DNA of 62,402 nucleotides, filler included, from an uncultured bacterium (GCA_964371695.1; 32 parts of 32 records of this genome joined end to end with filler, not necessarily neighbours in it); one strand, 5' to 3'; positions 20,242-31,858 are shown, numbered from the whole stretch's first letter. Notes: generated by a model not told the origin, from the letters alone. Program-made: numbers and translations.

Positions 20242-21930
20242 TCAGTCAGCGCCTGGGCGGTATTCATAACAGGCGCTGGCGCTGCACCACAACAGACCTT
20301 TCTGGTCATGGGTCAGGTTCATCCAGCGGGGTTTTCGTCCCATGAAAAGAATGGGCAGAGCCTGGCCTTTTTCGTCGATTTCATAAAGGACACCGTTCAT
20401 GAAATTGGCGGCCCACAGGCGTTTGCGGCCCGGCCAGAACCGGATGAAGCGCACCCCCATGGGCAGGTGAATGGTTTCTTCTTTTTTCAGCGTTTTGGCG
20501 TTGAGCACCAGCACGTCGCCGGTGAACCAGTCCCCCACATAAAGCCGGTTGCGGGGTTCGTCCAGCGTGAGGGTGGGGCCTGCGCCCATGTTGCGGCGGG
20601 GGTAAAAGGCCACGGGTTTCATGTGGGGGCCTTCGTGTCGCCGCACGCCGGTTTGATAGGCGGTGAACAGGCAGGGATTCATGGCCGAACGGCAAAGGGC
20701 CATGTGGGTGGTGAGGTAAGGCAGCAGGCGCTGACGCAGGCGGCCCGGCTGGCTCACGTCCATCCAGATAACCTTTTTGTCGTTTTCCTTGGAGCCGAAC
20801 AACCAGCCGCGCTGGGGCAGATAGACAACCCCGGTGATGCCGCCCCAGTCCTTGCGGCAGTGTTTTTCGCCAAAAATGGACCAGTGCTCAATTTTCCTGA
20901 AAATCCACCCCTGGTCGGGGGGGTAGGCCACCATGGCGGCCCCCGGCCAGTTCACCAGACAATCCTGACTTTCATTCAGCAGTTTGCCGGTGCGTTCGTC
21001 CACCACAAAAAGCCTGCCTTTGTATTGCGTCACGTCGCCGGGCATCACCAGATGCAACCGGCAGTCAATGGTGCCGTTGTCCGCTGTGTCTCCCCCCACC
21101 ACAAAACCTTTTTCATTCCGTTGCAGCGTGGTGTCGTCGGGGCCTGTCCCCATCATTTTGCGGGTGCCCATCCAGAATTCCCCCGGTTGGCAACCCTGCA
21201 ACACCCAGCGGAAATCCAGCGCCGGATCAGACCGGATGAGCCGCACACCCGTCTGGGCCGTGACCTGGGGCACTTCGTGAACCATCGGGTCGATGTAAAA
21301 CGCCATGAGCAGGGTGGGGGTGAGTGTGTTGCTGAACACCAGAAAAACCAGCCAGCGGGGCAGCTTCAATACACCGCCCAGCCACTGCGCCACCAGGGTG
21401 AACCCCCAGGTGCTCATGATGATGTCGGTGAAGTGGGTTTTTTGCAGGGTGGCCCAGCCGAAATAACCAGCAAACAGCAGCAGCACCCAGGGGCGCAGCC
21501 GCCAGCCTTGAGGTTTGACCAGTTCGTCGCGGAAAACCTGCAATCCAAAAAGCGCCCAGCCGGTGATGAGCAGCAGGGTTTGAGGCCAGTCAAAACACTG
21601 ATAAAACATGTAAAAAAAACCGGCTACGTTCCCAAGGGCCAACAGGGCCAGCACAACTGAATAACCCACGCACAGGGGCAGGGGAAAATGGATTTTCTCT
21701 TGCCAGGGTGCGAGGAGCAGGCGGCGGGGGGAAAGCGTTTTTTTCAGTGTGCGTTTGAAGCCATAGGTCGAAAAAAGTGTGGACGCTCGCATGAACCGCC
21801 CATACATCACCGCCCCCAGCCCCAGGCCAGCCCACACCAGCAGCATCCAGAACCGCCCCGACATGGGATAAATCAGCGGGCAGGCCATGCCCCAGAAGGC
21901 AATCAGGGCCAGGGAGTTGAAAAACCGCAT
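20242..21930 (-). CDS. Integral membrane protein with C-terminal beta-propeller (YVTN/YncE-like)
   Basis: Several N-terminal hydrophobic segments; NRLYVGDWFTGDVLVLNAKTLK and RLWAANF repeats. Confidence 0.7.
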   Translation of the reverse strand: MRFFNSLALIAFWGMACPLIYPMSGRFWMLLVWAGLGLGAVMYGRFMRASTLFSTYGFKRTLKKTLSPRRLLLAPWQEKIHFPLPLCVGYSVVLALLALGNVAGFFYMFYQCFDWPQTLLLITGWALFGLQVFRDELVKPQGWRLRPWVLLLFAGYFGWATLQKTHFTDIIMSTWGFTLVAQWLGGVLKLPRWLVFLVFSNTLTPTLLMAFYIDPMVHEVPQVTAQTGVRLIRSDPALDFRWVLQGCQPGEFWMGTRKMMGTGPDDTTLQRNEKGFVVGGDTADNGTIDCRLHLVMPGDVTQYKGRLFVVDERTGKLLNESQDCLVNWPGAAMVAYPPDQGWIFRKIEHWSIFGEKHCRKDWGGITGVVYLPQRGWLFGSKENDKKVIWMDVSQPGRLRQRLLPYLTTHMALCRSAMNPCLFTAYQTGVRRHEGPHMKPVAFYPRRNMGAGPTLTLDEPRNRLYVGDWFTGDVLVLNAKTLKKEETIHLPMGVRFIRFWPGRKRLWAANFMNGVLYEIDEKGQALPILFMGRKPRWMNLTHDQKGLLWCSASACYEYRPGAD

Positions 21931-21943
21931 GGGGGGATTTTAG

Positions 21944-22051
21944 AGCCTCGGACAAAACTGGTTTTGTCCGAGGCTCCGCGGGCATGGATGCCCGCACCCG
22001 AAAACCGGAGCTTTGAAAAAGCGCAGGTTTTCGCCACGCCAAGGGGGCTTT
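21944..22051 (-). repeat. Family B repeat (partial, at contig end)
   Basis: GCGGGCATGGATGCCCGC, GAAAACCGGAGCTTTGAAAAAGC, TTTTCGCCACGC shared with 38299-38421. Confidence 0.85.
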
Positions 22052-22151
22052 NNNNNNNNNNNNNNNNNNNNNNNNNNNNNNNNNNNNNNNNNNNNTTAAT
22101 TAATTAANNNNNNNNNNNNNNNNNNNNNNNNNNNNNNNNNNNNNNNNNNNN

Positions 22152-22764
22152 GCCGCCGGTCCTGCAGGCCCTTGGCGTCCCAAAACTCAATCTGCCGGGG
22201 CATGTTGTCTTTGGCGTCAATCCACAGGTTCACCTGGGTGTATTTGGCCTTGGGTTTGAAACTCACCTGAATCACCTTTTTGCCGTCGAAGGTGGTTTCT
22301 TTGCTGGTGGGCGCGGTGCTGCCCGCAAAAGCTGCCGACACCTTGGCGGTGATGCTCGCGAGGTCGGTGTCAAAATAGCCGTCAATCTCCTTGTCGTTCA
22401 GGGCAAACTTGCGGGTGAGAAGAAACTTCTTCGCCACCACCATCTTGTCCACGGCAGGGTTGTAGATGATCACCGCGCCGTTGCTGGCAAAGTCTTTTTG
22501 CACCACGGTCATGCGGCGCAGGTCGGGGACCAGAAAATCCAGTTTGTATTTTTCGGTGGGTTTGACCTTGCCGGTTTTTTCGTTCCGGCCGTCATAGGAC
22601 CATTCGATGGAATAACTCTTGAGGCCCTTGGCCCTCGTCTGCATCCGCTTGATCATTTCACCGGCGGCGGGGGCGGCGGCCAGCGTCTGGCCCGCCCAAC
22701 CCAAAACCAGCAGACCCGCCAGCAACGCGGCGGACAAACGAAGGGGTTTACTCGAAACAGTCAT
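22152..22764 (-). CDS. LolA-like / outer-membrane lipoprotein-sorting protein, 3'-truncated
   Basis: GAGGAGG RBS, signal peptide, PDLRRM, VNLWIDAKDNMPRQIEFWD. Confidence 0.7.
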
Positions 22765-22930
22765 GTTTTCCTCCTCAAATCTGGAACACCTGCCGCCGGA
22801 GCGTTTTTCCGGCACAGGGGCGGTATTTTAGCCAATTTTCGGGCCATTGCATTTTCTTGCGGCAAAAACCCCCTTCATTTCGTGTCAATTCGCCCCCCAC
22901 GGACGATAATACGGAGCAGGAGGCGCGACC

Positions 22931-24028
22931 GTGGTCATGCTGGGTCTGAAACAGAAGGAAACCCTGACCCTGGACGCCCTTTGCGCCGAGGCCCTGCGCC
23001 ACAACCCGGCGGCGGACATCAGCCTGATTCAGCGGGCCTATCGTTTTGCCGAGGCCGCCCACAAGGGGCAGTTCCGCCAGTCGGGGCATTTTTACATCAT
23101 TCACCCCCTCAGCGTGGCCATGATTCTGGCCCGTTTGCAGATGGATGAGGTGACCATCGCCGCCGCGCTGCTGCACGACGTGCTGGAGGACACCCCCGTG
23201 GTGGCCCGGCAAGTGCTGGACACGTTCCAGAACGAGGAACTGCTGTTTCTGGTGGAATCGGTGACCAAGGCCAGCGCCAGCACCCTGGCGTTTGAAAACT
23301 CGAAAATCGACAAGGCCGAAGACTTCCGCAAGCTGTTTCTGGCCATGGCCAGCGACGTGCGGGTGGTGCTCATCAAACTGGCGGATCGCCTGCACAACAT
23401 GCAGACCCTGGGGGCCAAGGGCGACGAAGAAAAAATCCGCCGCATCGCCGACGAAACCCTTTACATCTACGCCCCCCTGGCCAACCGCCTGGGGGTCTAC
23501 CAGTTGAAATGGCAACTGGAGGACCTGTCCTTTAAACACCTGGACCCAAAAGCCTACGCCACACTGGCCAACAAGCTGGATGGCCGCCGCCAGGATCGCG
23601 AAAACGAAATCAACGCCGTGGTGCAGGAGCTTAAAGCCCTGCTGGACGCCCACAGCTTCCCCGTCATCCTCAACGGCCGCCCAAAACACCTTTACAGCAT
23701 TTACAGCAAGATGGAAAAGGACGGCCTGAGTTTTGAGGAGATCTATGACCTGGCCGCCGTGCGGGTGATTGTGGAGGACCGGCCCCAGTGTTACACCGCC
23801 ATGGGGCTGATTCACGGGGCCTATCAGCACGTGCAGGGTCGGCTCAAGGATTACATCGCCATGCCCAAGTCCAACCAGTACCAGTCCATTCACACCACCC
23901 TGCTGGGGCTGAAGGCCCGGCCCGGGCCAGTGGAGGTGCAGATCCGCACCAAAGAAATGCACCGGGTGGCCGAACTGGGCGTGGCCAGCCACTGGGCCTA
24001 TAAAGAAGACAACCACACCCCCGACAAA
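22931..24028 (+). CDS. spoT: Bifunctional (p)ppGpp synthetase/hydrolase (long RSH), 3'-truncated
   Basis: AHKGQFRQSG, LLHDVLED, IKLADRLHN, GRPKHLYSI, RLKDYIAMPK (RxKD), EVQIRT, HWAYK. Confidence 0.95.
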
Positions 24029-24215
24029 NNNNNNNNNNNNNNNNNNNNNNNNNNNNNNNNNNNNNNNNNNNNTTAATTAATTAANNNNNNNNNNNNNNNN
24101 NNNNNNNNNNNNNNNNNNNNNNNNNNNNTGAATGGTGCGCGCCTTTGGCGCGGTGGCTGCTCCCGGCGGGACGCCGGGGCTACTTCAAAAAACCCCTGAT
24201 AATCAAGGACTCTTC

Positions 24216-24394
24216 TCATACCAATGAACATTCAAAACAGCAGGAATGTTCTTTGGTTTAATTGGCCTTGCCATTCGTCGTGAATGGCTACGGCCCGGCA
24301 CGGCGCAGGCAAAGCCTGCTTGCGCCGCGAACATCGGCGGCCCTGTCTGGGCCTCGGTGTTCGGGTCGAATTCATCCATGAATTCATACCAATT
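24216..24394 (-). repeat. Family C repeat (short complete copy)
   Basis: Bounded by ATTGGTATGA at both ends; homologous to 2818-3078 and 20169-20222. Confidence 0.85.
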
Positions 24395-24548
24395 TTCACC
24401 GAACCGCCGGACTTCGCAGCACCCATTTCCAAACCGGCTCATCGCTCAGGATTAATGCTGTTTCGGTTGAGAATTGGTATCACAAACCTGACAGCAAGGG
24501 ACATCGCTGCGACTCATTTTGAGTCGAATGAATCACTACGCCATAAAT

Positions 24549-24833
24549 CTACGGAAACAGTTCGTAGATTTTTTCGATCAGGTCCGGCTCATAGTTCGGG
24601 CCTTCGAAGTGGTTGTTGATGTGGTCCACGATTTTGTCGCTGCCCCACACCGCTTCACCCTCAAAGGTGGCCACGGGCACTTTGTATTGGCCGCTCAGGC
24701 GGTAGACCTCGGTGCGGTCTTTGCGCTCTTTTGGCGTCGGGACAATGGTGTAGGACAAACCCTTTTTGTTCAGCGCCCGGCGTACCTTGCGGCAATAGGG
24801 GCAGTCCTCGAACTGGTGCAGCACGATTTCCAT
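24549..24833 (-). CDS. Glutaredoxin / GST N-terminal domain protein
   Basis: GGAGG RBS; FEDCPYCRKVR, SGQYKVPV, SDKIVDHI. Confidence 0.9.
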   Translation of the reverse strand: MEIVLHQFEDCPYCRKVRRALNKKGLSYTIVPTPKERKDRTEVYRLSGQYKVPVATFEGEAVWGSDKIVDHINNHFEGPNYEPDLIEKIYELFP

Positions 24834-24908
24834 GAGGTTCCTCCGGGGTTGCCTGGGCGGGGCGTTTGGCCCACACTGACAGCGTGTTGGGATGGGTGAA
24901 AGTATAGG

Positions 24909-25607
24909 ATGAATTGGCTCGAACCAATGGGCTGGGGACTTTTGTGGGGTCTTTTGGGCGGCCTGCACTGCGTGGGCATGTGCGGCCCCCTGGCGGCGCT
25001 GAACAACCGCTGGCAGGGACTCCTCACCTATCACGGGGCCAAGGGCCTGACTTATCTGGCGCTTTTCTGGGTGCTGGCCCTGGCGGGGTTGCTGGTGCAG
25101 CCCCTTCAGCGGGTGCTGGCCTGGGCCTCGGTGGTGTTTGCCCTGGTGAGCGCCCTGGGCCTGCTGGGCTGGTTGCCCGCGCGGGGGCGCGGCGGCGGGG
25201 CAAGCCGGTGGGTGCAGGGTTGGGTGAAACAGGCTCAGGGCCTGCCCGCACCGTGGCGCGGCGTGATGGTGGGGTTTGTGAACGGCCTGATTCCCTGTCA
25301 TCTGGTGTATGCCGCCATCACCAATGCCGCCAGCCAGCCCCGGCTCTCGGCGGGGCTGTTTTTCATGGTGGGTTTCATTGTGGGCACAGCGCCCGCCCTG
25401 AGCGCCGTGGCCCTGGGGTGGGGTTGGCTGCGCCAGCGTCTGGCCCCGGCGCGCCTGCGTCAGGTCACCGCCGTGATGGTGCTCATGATGGCGGCGGTGG
25501 TGCTGATGCGCACAGAGGGACAGCAGCAGGGCCACGCCCACACCCCGCAGGCCAGTCCTGCGGCTTCCCGAAGTCCCGCGCCCCATGCGGGGCATCAGGG
25601 GCATTAG
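24909..25607 (+). CDS. DsbD_2 / sulfite exporter TauE-like membrane protein
   Basis: GGLHCVGMCGP, NGLIPCHLVY; His-rich tail. Confidence 0.88.
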   Translation: MNWLEPMGWGLLWGLLGGLHCVGMCGPLAALNNRWQGLLTYHGAKGLTYLALFWVLALAGLLVQPLQRVLAWASVVFALVSALGLLGWLPARGRGGGASRWVQGWVKQAQGLPAPWRGVMVGFVNGLIPCHLVYAAITNAASQPRLSAGLFFMVGFIVGTAPALSAVALGWGWLRQRLAPARLRQVTAVMVLMMAAVVLMRTEGQQQGHAHTPQASPAASRSPAPHAGHQGH

Positions 25608-25643
25608 GTCATTTTCAAGAAATTCATGCACGCCGGAATTGTT

Positions 25644-25852
25644 CCCTCTCCCGTGCTTTGCATGGGAGAGGGTGGCGCGTAGCGCCGAGTAATGGGCGCG
25701 GGGGGTCTTTTGGGATTGCGGCAGCATATTGATGCTGCCGGGTGCGCCCAGCGGCGCGATAGCGCCGGGCGATATAAAAAATAACCAAATAAGGTTTTTG
25801 TTTATGTTTGGCCCCTCACCCGCCCCTTCGGGGCACCCTCTCCCCTATGGGG
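25644..25852 (+). repeat. Family A element bracketed by family D palindromes
   Basis: GTAATGGGCGCGGG-GGTCTTTTGGG-CGGCAGCATATTGATGCTGCCG core. Confidence 0.85.
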
Positions 25853-26092
25853 CTTGTCATTACCCACAAGTCCCTATGGAAAAATCAGGGAAAAACCTGT
25901 TTTTGGGGGTTGCCTGGGGAGAAAAGCGGGTCGCTCTTGTTTGAAAGGCCCCTTGTGCCGTGCATACCCCGGAAGCCGGGATGCCGGGTTTTNNNNNNNN
26001 NNNNNNNNNNNNNNNNNNNNNNNNNNNNNNNNNNNNTTAATTAATTAANNNNNNNNNNNNNNNNNNNNNNNNNNNNNNNNNNNNNNNNNNNN

Positions 26093-26350
26093 GTCTTTTG
26101 GGAATGCGGCAGCATATTGATGCTGCCGGGCGCGCCCAGCGGCACGACGGAGTAGGGCGGGTGTCCTCACCCGCCTGAGCGCGAAGCGCGAAACAGCCGG
26201 GGTATTCAAAAGCAAAAAACCAAATAGGGTTTTTTGTTCTTTTTTCTGCCACAGGCGGGACGCCCGTGGCTACTGCCGTGTCACCAGAGAGCGGCCTTTT
26301 CTTTTTCCAACTTCCGACTTCCGACACCCAATCTCCAGTTTCCAACTTCC
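26093..26350 (+). repeat. Family A element with nested GTAG-REP, a second REP, and degenerate heptamer repeats
   Basis: Core CGGCAGCATATTGATGCTGCCG; GTAGGGCGGGTGTCCTCACCCGCC; GGCGGGACGCCCGTGGCTAC; TTCCAAC/TTCCGAC heptamers 26306-26350. Confidence 0.8.
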
Positions 26351-26353
26351 CCC

Positions 26354-27956
26354 TCACAACAAACCCAACTGGCCGCCCACCTCTTTCACGTAATCCACCA
26401 TGGCGGGCCAGCTTTGGCTGGCGTCGCCCGCCAGTTCGGCGGTGGCCTGGCCCAGTCCCTCGTGCAGAATGGGGCAGGCATCTATCAACTGGCAGACCTC
26501 ATCGCTGGGGTCAGACGACTTTTCGAGGCTCTCCAAAATGGGCCGCAGCATGTCCTGGGCTTTTTTCTCCACCCTTTCCCACAGCACCTGCTGAACATCT
26601 GGCGCGGGCAGTTCAAACGGCGGAACGGGCGGCAGACTGGCGGCCAAATCCGCCGCCTCTGCCATCACCGCGCCCGTCAGCTTGGCGCCCCGGCCCAGGT
26701 TCAGGATGGACGGCAACGCGGGCCAGCGCACCAGAAAGCTTTCGATGGCCTGAAGGGCGGCGAAATAGCCGGGCAACGTGGGCAGGTCTTCGCCCGTCAT
26801 GCCGGTCACCCGCAATTGGGCTGATTCCTGTTTGCTCTGTTCCTCAAAAAACGGATTGCCGGGGGCATAGGCCCGCTCACCGGGCAGGGCAAAATCCAGC
26901 CCCGCCAATATCAGCGGGTCCGCCCCCGTGAGCAGGCCCAGGTGAATGAGATGACTGCCCACCGCGCCGCCGCCCGACAGCGCCGGGGTGTGAGCCAGCC
27001 CCAACGCCTCACGAAAAGAGTGGTAAGACAAAAAGGCATATTTCGGCCCCACAAACCGCCGCACCACACCGGGGCAGGAAAAAGCGCTGAACAACAGCGC
27101 GGTGTGGGCGGTGGTGTCGGGGTGAATCTTGAGCAGGTTCACGATGTAGGGGTCCACCGTAACCATGGCGTGGGGTGTGCGACCCATTTTTTTAAGGGCG
27201 AACCACGCCATGTCCACCGCCAGCACCGGCAGGTCGGGCCGCTCGCGCAGCAGCGGCGCGGCTTGTTCCAGAGAAGGCCCCGCACCGCACAAAAGCAGCG
27301 GCTTGCCCCGCCAGCAGTTCTGCCACGGAGCAAGGCTGCCTGCGGTTTTCAGATGGGGCAGATTGTCCAGCAGGTTTTGCAAAAAGAATCGCCCGGCCTG
27401 ACGCAGTGTGCCCGCCTCGCTGGCCGTCAGGCGCAACGCCTGCACCAACCCTTCCTCCAGCGCGGCATAGGCCGGGTGGCGCACCAGGGCGGGGTTGACC
27501 CACACCACCGCCGGGGGTGGCGCGCCGGGGGCCAGATGCATGAGGCACCATTGCAGCAGTTCCTCTTTGCTGGGGTGAAACAGAAACTCCGCCCCCGATA
27601 GGCCGCCGGGGTGCTGATCAAAAAACCAGCCCCGTGGCGTGGCGTGAGCATCCACCAGCAGCACGCTGCCAGGGCGCTGGCGGGCGGCCTCCTGCGCCAA
27701 GCCGCTGAGGCCGGGGCTGACCACCACCAGGGCCTGCTGCGGATGAATCAGGGCGGCGGAGATGGCCCGGCGGGCGGCGTCTGCTGCGTCAAACCGGCTG
27801 CCCAGCACCACCGGCGCACCCTGGGCCGGACGCCACACGCCATATCCCCCCTGCCTGCCTTCTTCCCTGAAAAACTCGGTTTCGCGCACCGGCGCAAAGC
27901 ATAACCACGAACAGGCCGACTCGGTGTGATGCTGTTTCACATCGTCCAATTTGAGC
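26354..27956 (-). CDS. DUF115 / MptE-like (Maf family) protein, 5'-truncated
   Basis: NLLDNLP, LLCGAGPSL, LAVD, VTVDP, GGAVG, ILAGLDFA. Confidence 0.85.
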
Positions 27957-28056
27957 NNNNNNNNNNNNNNNNNNNNNNNNNNNNNNNNNNNNNNNNNNNN
28001 TTAATTAATTAANNNNNNNNNNNNNNNNNNNNNNNNNNNNNNNNNNNNNNNNNNNN

Positions 28057-28984
28057 GGCCCTCCAAAACGCCGCCGACAGTGCGGAGTCCTATGCCGCCA
28101 GCCGGGGTCTGGCCAGCCTTCAGGCCGCCACGGGCAATCTGGATGGTGAACATCAAACCCTGCTGGCCCTGGTTGAAAGCACCCCCGACGCCAGCCAGAA
28201 GCTGTTCACACTGGAGCAGATCATCGCCCGCCAGTGGCAGCGGGGGCAACACAAAGAGGTGCTGGACACCTATGCCCAGGCCGCAGCGGTGGCCGAGGCG
28301 TCTGGCACAAAAGATAAAAAAGGCAACACACCCAAGGTGTCTGTGCCCGCCGGGTTTTTTCTGTACGCCGCCCAGTCGGCCCTGGCCCTGGGAGATGAAA
28401 AACAGGCCGCCGGAGTGCTGGAAAAATACTTCGCCACCTATCCCAAGGCCGCCGCTGCCGACACCCTGCGCCCCCGCCTGACCGACACCCTGGCCCGCTT
28501 GCAGGTGAGGGCTGGTGAGCCGGAAAAGGCCCTGAAAACACTGCGGGCCATGCCCGTGAACGCCACCAACACGGGGGTGCTGCTCAAGACCTGGCTCTTT
28601 ACCGTGGGGGCCATGTCGAGCGCGGGTAAGGGTAAAGAGGCGCTGGCGGCGCTCAAAACCCTGGTGGTGCCCAGCCAGCACACGGCGGACAAACAGGCCC
28701 TTCAATTCGCGGTCATGGACCTCGCGCTTGCCAACGGCGACGAGGCCACGGGCCTGAACCGGGCCGCCGGATTGATGGAAAACCTGAAGGCCGACCCGGT
28801 GCGTCTGGGCCAGTTGCGGCTTTATGTGGCCGATTATTTTCTCTCGAAAAAGAACACGGCCAAGGCGCTGCCTTACCTCAGCGCCGCCGCCAGCGCGCCG
28901 GGCCAGACCGGCGTGAGCGCCCGCACCCACCTGCAGGCCCTGAAGGCCCCGGCCAAAAAACCGGCCAAACCAGCCCAGCGGTGA
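28057..28984 (+). CDS. TPR-like helical protein, 5'-truncated
   Basis: Ala/Leu-rich helices, AAGVLEKYFATYP, KALPYL. Confidence 0.6.
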
Positions 28985-29061
28985 CGTCACCCGGTGCCGG
29001 GGGTGGTTTCCGAATTGATGGAGCACCCGTCCAAACGTCTGATACGGGATGAGCACGACCC

Positions 29062-29330
29062 CCTCTCCCCTTGAGGGAGAGGGTTGGGGTAATGGGTGCG
29101 GGTGGGGCTTTTGGGAAAGCGGCAGCATATTGATGCTGCCGGGCGCGCCCAGCGGCGCGACGCAGTAGGGCGGGCGTCTCGCCTGCCTGAGCGCGAAGCG
29201 CGAAACAGCCGGGGTTTATTCAAAAACAACAAAAACCAAAAAAGGTATTTTTGCACTTTGTTTGAACCCCTCACCCGGATGGCTTAGCCCAAAAGGCCAA
29301 GTCATCCGACCTCTCCCTCAAGGGGAGAGG
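29062..29330 (+). mobile_element. 269-bp MITE/REPIN-like element with perfect 21-bp terminal inverted repeats (family A core)
   Basis: Left CCTCTCCCCTTGAGGGAGAGG (29062-29082) is the exact reverse complement of right CCTCTCCCTCAAGGGGAGAGG (29310-29330). Confidence 0.75.
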
Positions 29331-29401
29331 TGAACGACCCGACCATTTTTTGCTCTACCATCTCCGAAAACCCCCTAGACTTTTATTCACAAGGACACCC
29401 C

Positions 29402-29848
29402 ATGCATCTTCACCTCGGCGCGGACCACGCCGCCATCGATCTCAAAAACGACCTCGTCACCCGCCTGCGCAACGGCGGCCACACCGTGACCGATCACGGC
29501 CCCCACAACACGTCGCGGGTGGATTACCCCGACTTTGCCGCCACCGTGTGCCGCGAGGTGGTGAAAGAGCCAGGATGCCTGGGCATTCTCATCTGCGGCA
29601 GCGGCGTGGGCATGAGCATGGCGGCCAACAAGATCAGGGGCATCCGGGCCGCCCACGTGCAGGACCCCCTCACCGCCCGCCTCAGCCGCGAGCACAACGA
29701 CGCCAATGTGTTGTGCCTGGGGGCGCGCATTCTGGGGCCGGAGCTGGCCATGGACTGTGTGCGGGCCTGGCTGGAGGCGTCGTTTGAAGGGGGCCGCCAC
29801 GCGGGTCGGATCGAAAAAATGCACGCGCTGGAGGACTCTCAACCATGA
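29402..29848 (+). CDS. rpiB: Ribose-5-phosphate isomerase B
   Basis: GADHA, DYPD, ICGSGVGMSMAANK, REHNDANVLCLGAR, GGRH. Confidence 0.97.
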   Translation: MHLHLGADHAAIDLKNDLVTRLRNGGHTVTDHGPHNTSRVDYPDFAATVCREVVKEPGCLGILICGSGVGMSMAANKIRGIRAAHVQDPLTARLSREHNDANVLCLGARILGPELAMDCVRAWLEASFEGGRHAGRIEKMHALEDSQP

Positions 29849-29907
29849 GATACGGATTCGGAAAAACTGTCAATCTTTCGTTTGACGAGGCGCTGGAAAA
29901 AACAAAA
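29845..29907 (+). CDS. DUF302-like protein, N-terminal fragment
   Basis: MRYGFGKTVNLSFDEALEKTK, GGAGG RBS, ATGA overlap with rpiB. Confidence 0.6.
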
Positions 29908-30209
29908 NNNNNNNNNNNNNNNNNNNNNNNNNNNNNNNNNNNNNNNNNNNNTTAATTAATTAANNNNNNNNNNNNNNNNNNNNNNNNNNNNNNNNNNNNN
30001 NNNNNNNCCCATCCCCGGCCACAACAACTATTTTTTATATTTTTTTTCATTTCTGCGATCCCTTGTTGGGGTTTAATCACGGCGGGGGAAGCGCGAGAAT
30101 GCAGGGGGGAACAAACGGGGCCTTTTCTTTTTCCAACGTCCAGCTTCCATCTTGCAACTTCCCGTCTCCAACCTCCCGCCTCTGCCCTGGGCCTCTCTAT
30201 AATCTCTCC

Positions 30210-31858
30210 ATGCGAGAATTAAGGTTCAGACTTCTGGCCCCGCTGGCGGTGCTTGTCGTGCTGGCGGCAGGCTGCGGGCGCGAAACCAAAAACACCCCCA
30301 CCCCCAAGCTGGGCCAGCAGGGTCTGGAGCAGAAAAGCGGCAAGGCCGGGGGGCGCTCCTGGCTGGTGGACAGCGAAAACTATCTCGTCATCGAGGGCCG
30401 CCGCCGCGTGGTGCTGGGCATGTCGGCGCAAAACCAGAAAGACGGCCTGCCCCGCGAAATCAACGCCCGCCTGCTGAGCATGGAGGTCTCCACCTCACTC
30501 AACCTCACCGGCAAGGACACCGCCAAGGGCGACCCCCTGCATCTGCTGCTGCCGCCCGCCACGCTTCTGGCCGAAGAAAAACCCCGCGACCTGCCTCTAT
30601 GGCTGGTGCTGCGGTGGGACCTCAGCGGCACGGCGGGCAAAACCACCGCCCCCACCAAAACCTGGAAGGTGACCTGGGGCGGCCTGCCCCAGCAGTTGCC
30701 CATCTTTGAGGGCAACGCCCGTTTCAAGTTGTATAACGTGGACGACGGCAAGGTGAACGACCTGAGCGGCGACCTGGCCCCCGCCCGTGTCACGCCCCTG
30801 CCAGAGGCCGAAGGGCCGGGTTTTGAGGTGGCGCTCACGCTGCGTCAGCGCAACTTTCCCGCCGCCTCGCGCCTGGAGGGCGTGGCCCTGCTGGCCTTCA
30901 GCGCCAGCGAGCGGCTGCTGGGCGACGCCGAGCGTTTTTCCACACTCAAAGGCCCCGCCCAGGGCAAACCCTTGTTCGGCCCCGAAACCCGCGCCGTCGA
31001 GGCGCTGATTTACGGCCCCGTGGCCCACTCGCCCCGCGTGTTCGAGGGCACGCAGGACGGCATGTTTTACCCCGACCTCACCCGCGACAGCACCCTGCTG
31101 GATCACTACCGCAAGTGGCTCATCTCCCGTTATGGCAGCGTGGAGACCTTCAACGATTACACCGAGGGCGGCCACAAGGGATTTCAGTCCGTGGCGTGGC
31201 GCGTGAACACGCTGCCCGAACCCGGCCCCACCGGCAAACCCCAAACCTACAAGGAATGGGAAAACAATACCGAGGCCGACCGCACCCTGCGGGTGCAGGC
31301 CGACTTTTTGCGCGAACTGCGCGCACGCAACACCAACCGCGCCCTGCTGTGGCTCAAAGAGAAACACCCCCAGAGCCCCGTGCTGGCGCTCATCACCAGC
31401 GACAGCGACACGGGCTTTGTGGAAAAGGCCACGGTGGCGGGAGACGGCGTGGTGTTCTGGCTATCAGGCCCACAGGACCTGCGCCGCAACCACGCCGCCG
31501 CCAGCGCCACCGAAGACGCCAAAAGCCGCAGCGGCAGCACCAAGTTTCTGGCGGCCATGCTCAGCCCACAGGCCACCGCCGGCCTCACCGTGAAGCTGGC
31601 CCAGTCCCTGGGTGAAAACGGTTTTCGCGGCCTTTATCTCGCCCCCACCAAAGAGGGCAAAATCCTGAAAACCCTCACGGCTTATGAAGACGCGGTGAAA
31701 ACCACCACCGTGGCCGTGGCCATTCAGCAGCAGACGCCAGAAAGCAACACCAAAAAGGGCCTGGACAACGTGAAGGCCCGCGAGAAAAACGCCAAAACAG
31801 CGCTGAAATTGCCACTCTTCCAATTGAGTTGGGAGGATGAAAAACTTTTCTACGTGGT
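30210..31858 (+). CDS. Lipoprotein with GH42/beta-galactosidase-like segment, 3'-truncated
   Basis: Lipobox LAAGC; YRKWLISRYGSVETFND resembles the GH42 F..WL..KYG.I..LN motif. Confidence 0.6.

Noticed and set aside
21931-22051. Family B repeat as a third in-frame N-terminal insertion (562-aa membrane protein)
   Set aside because: An in-frame TAA at 21940-21942 separates the repeat from the ATG at 21930
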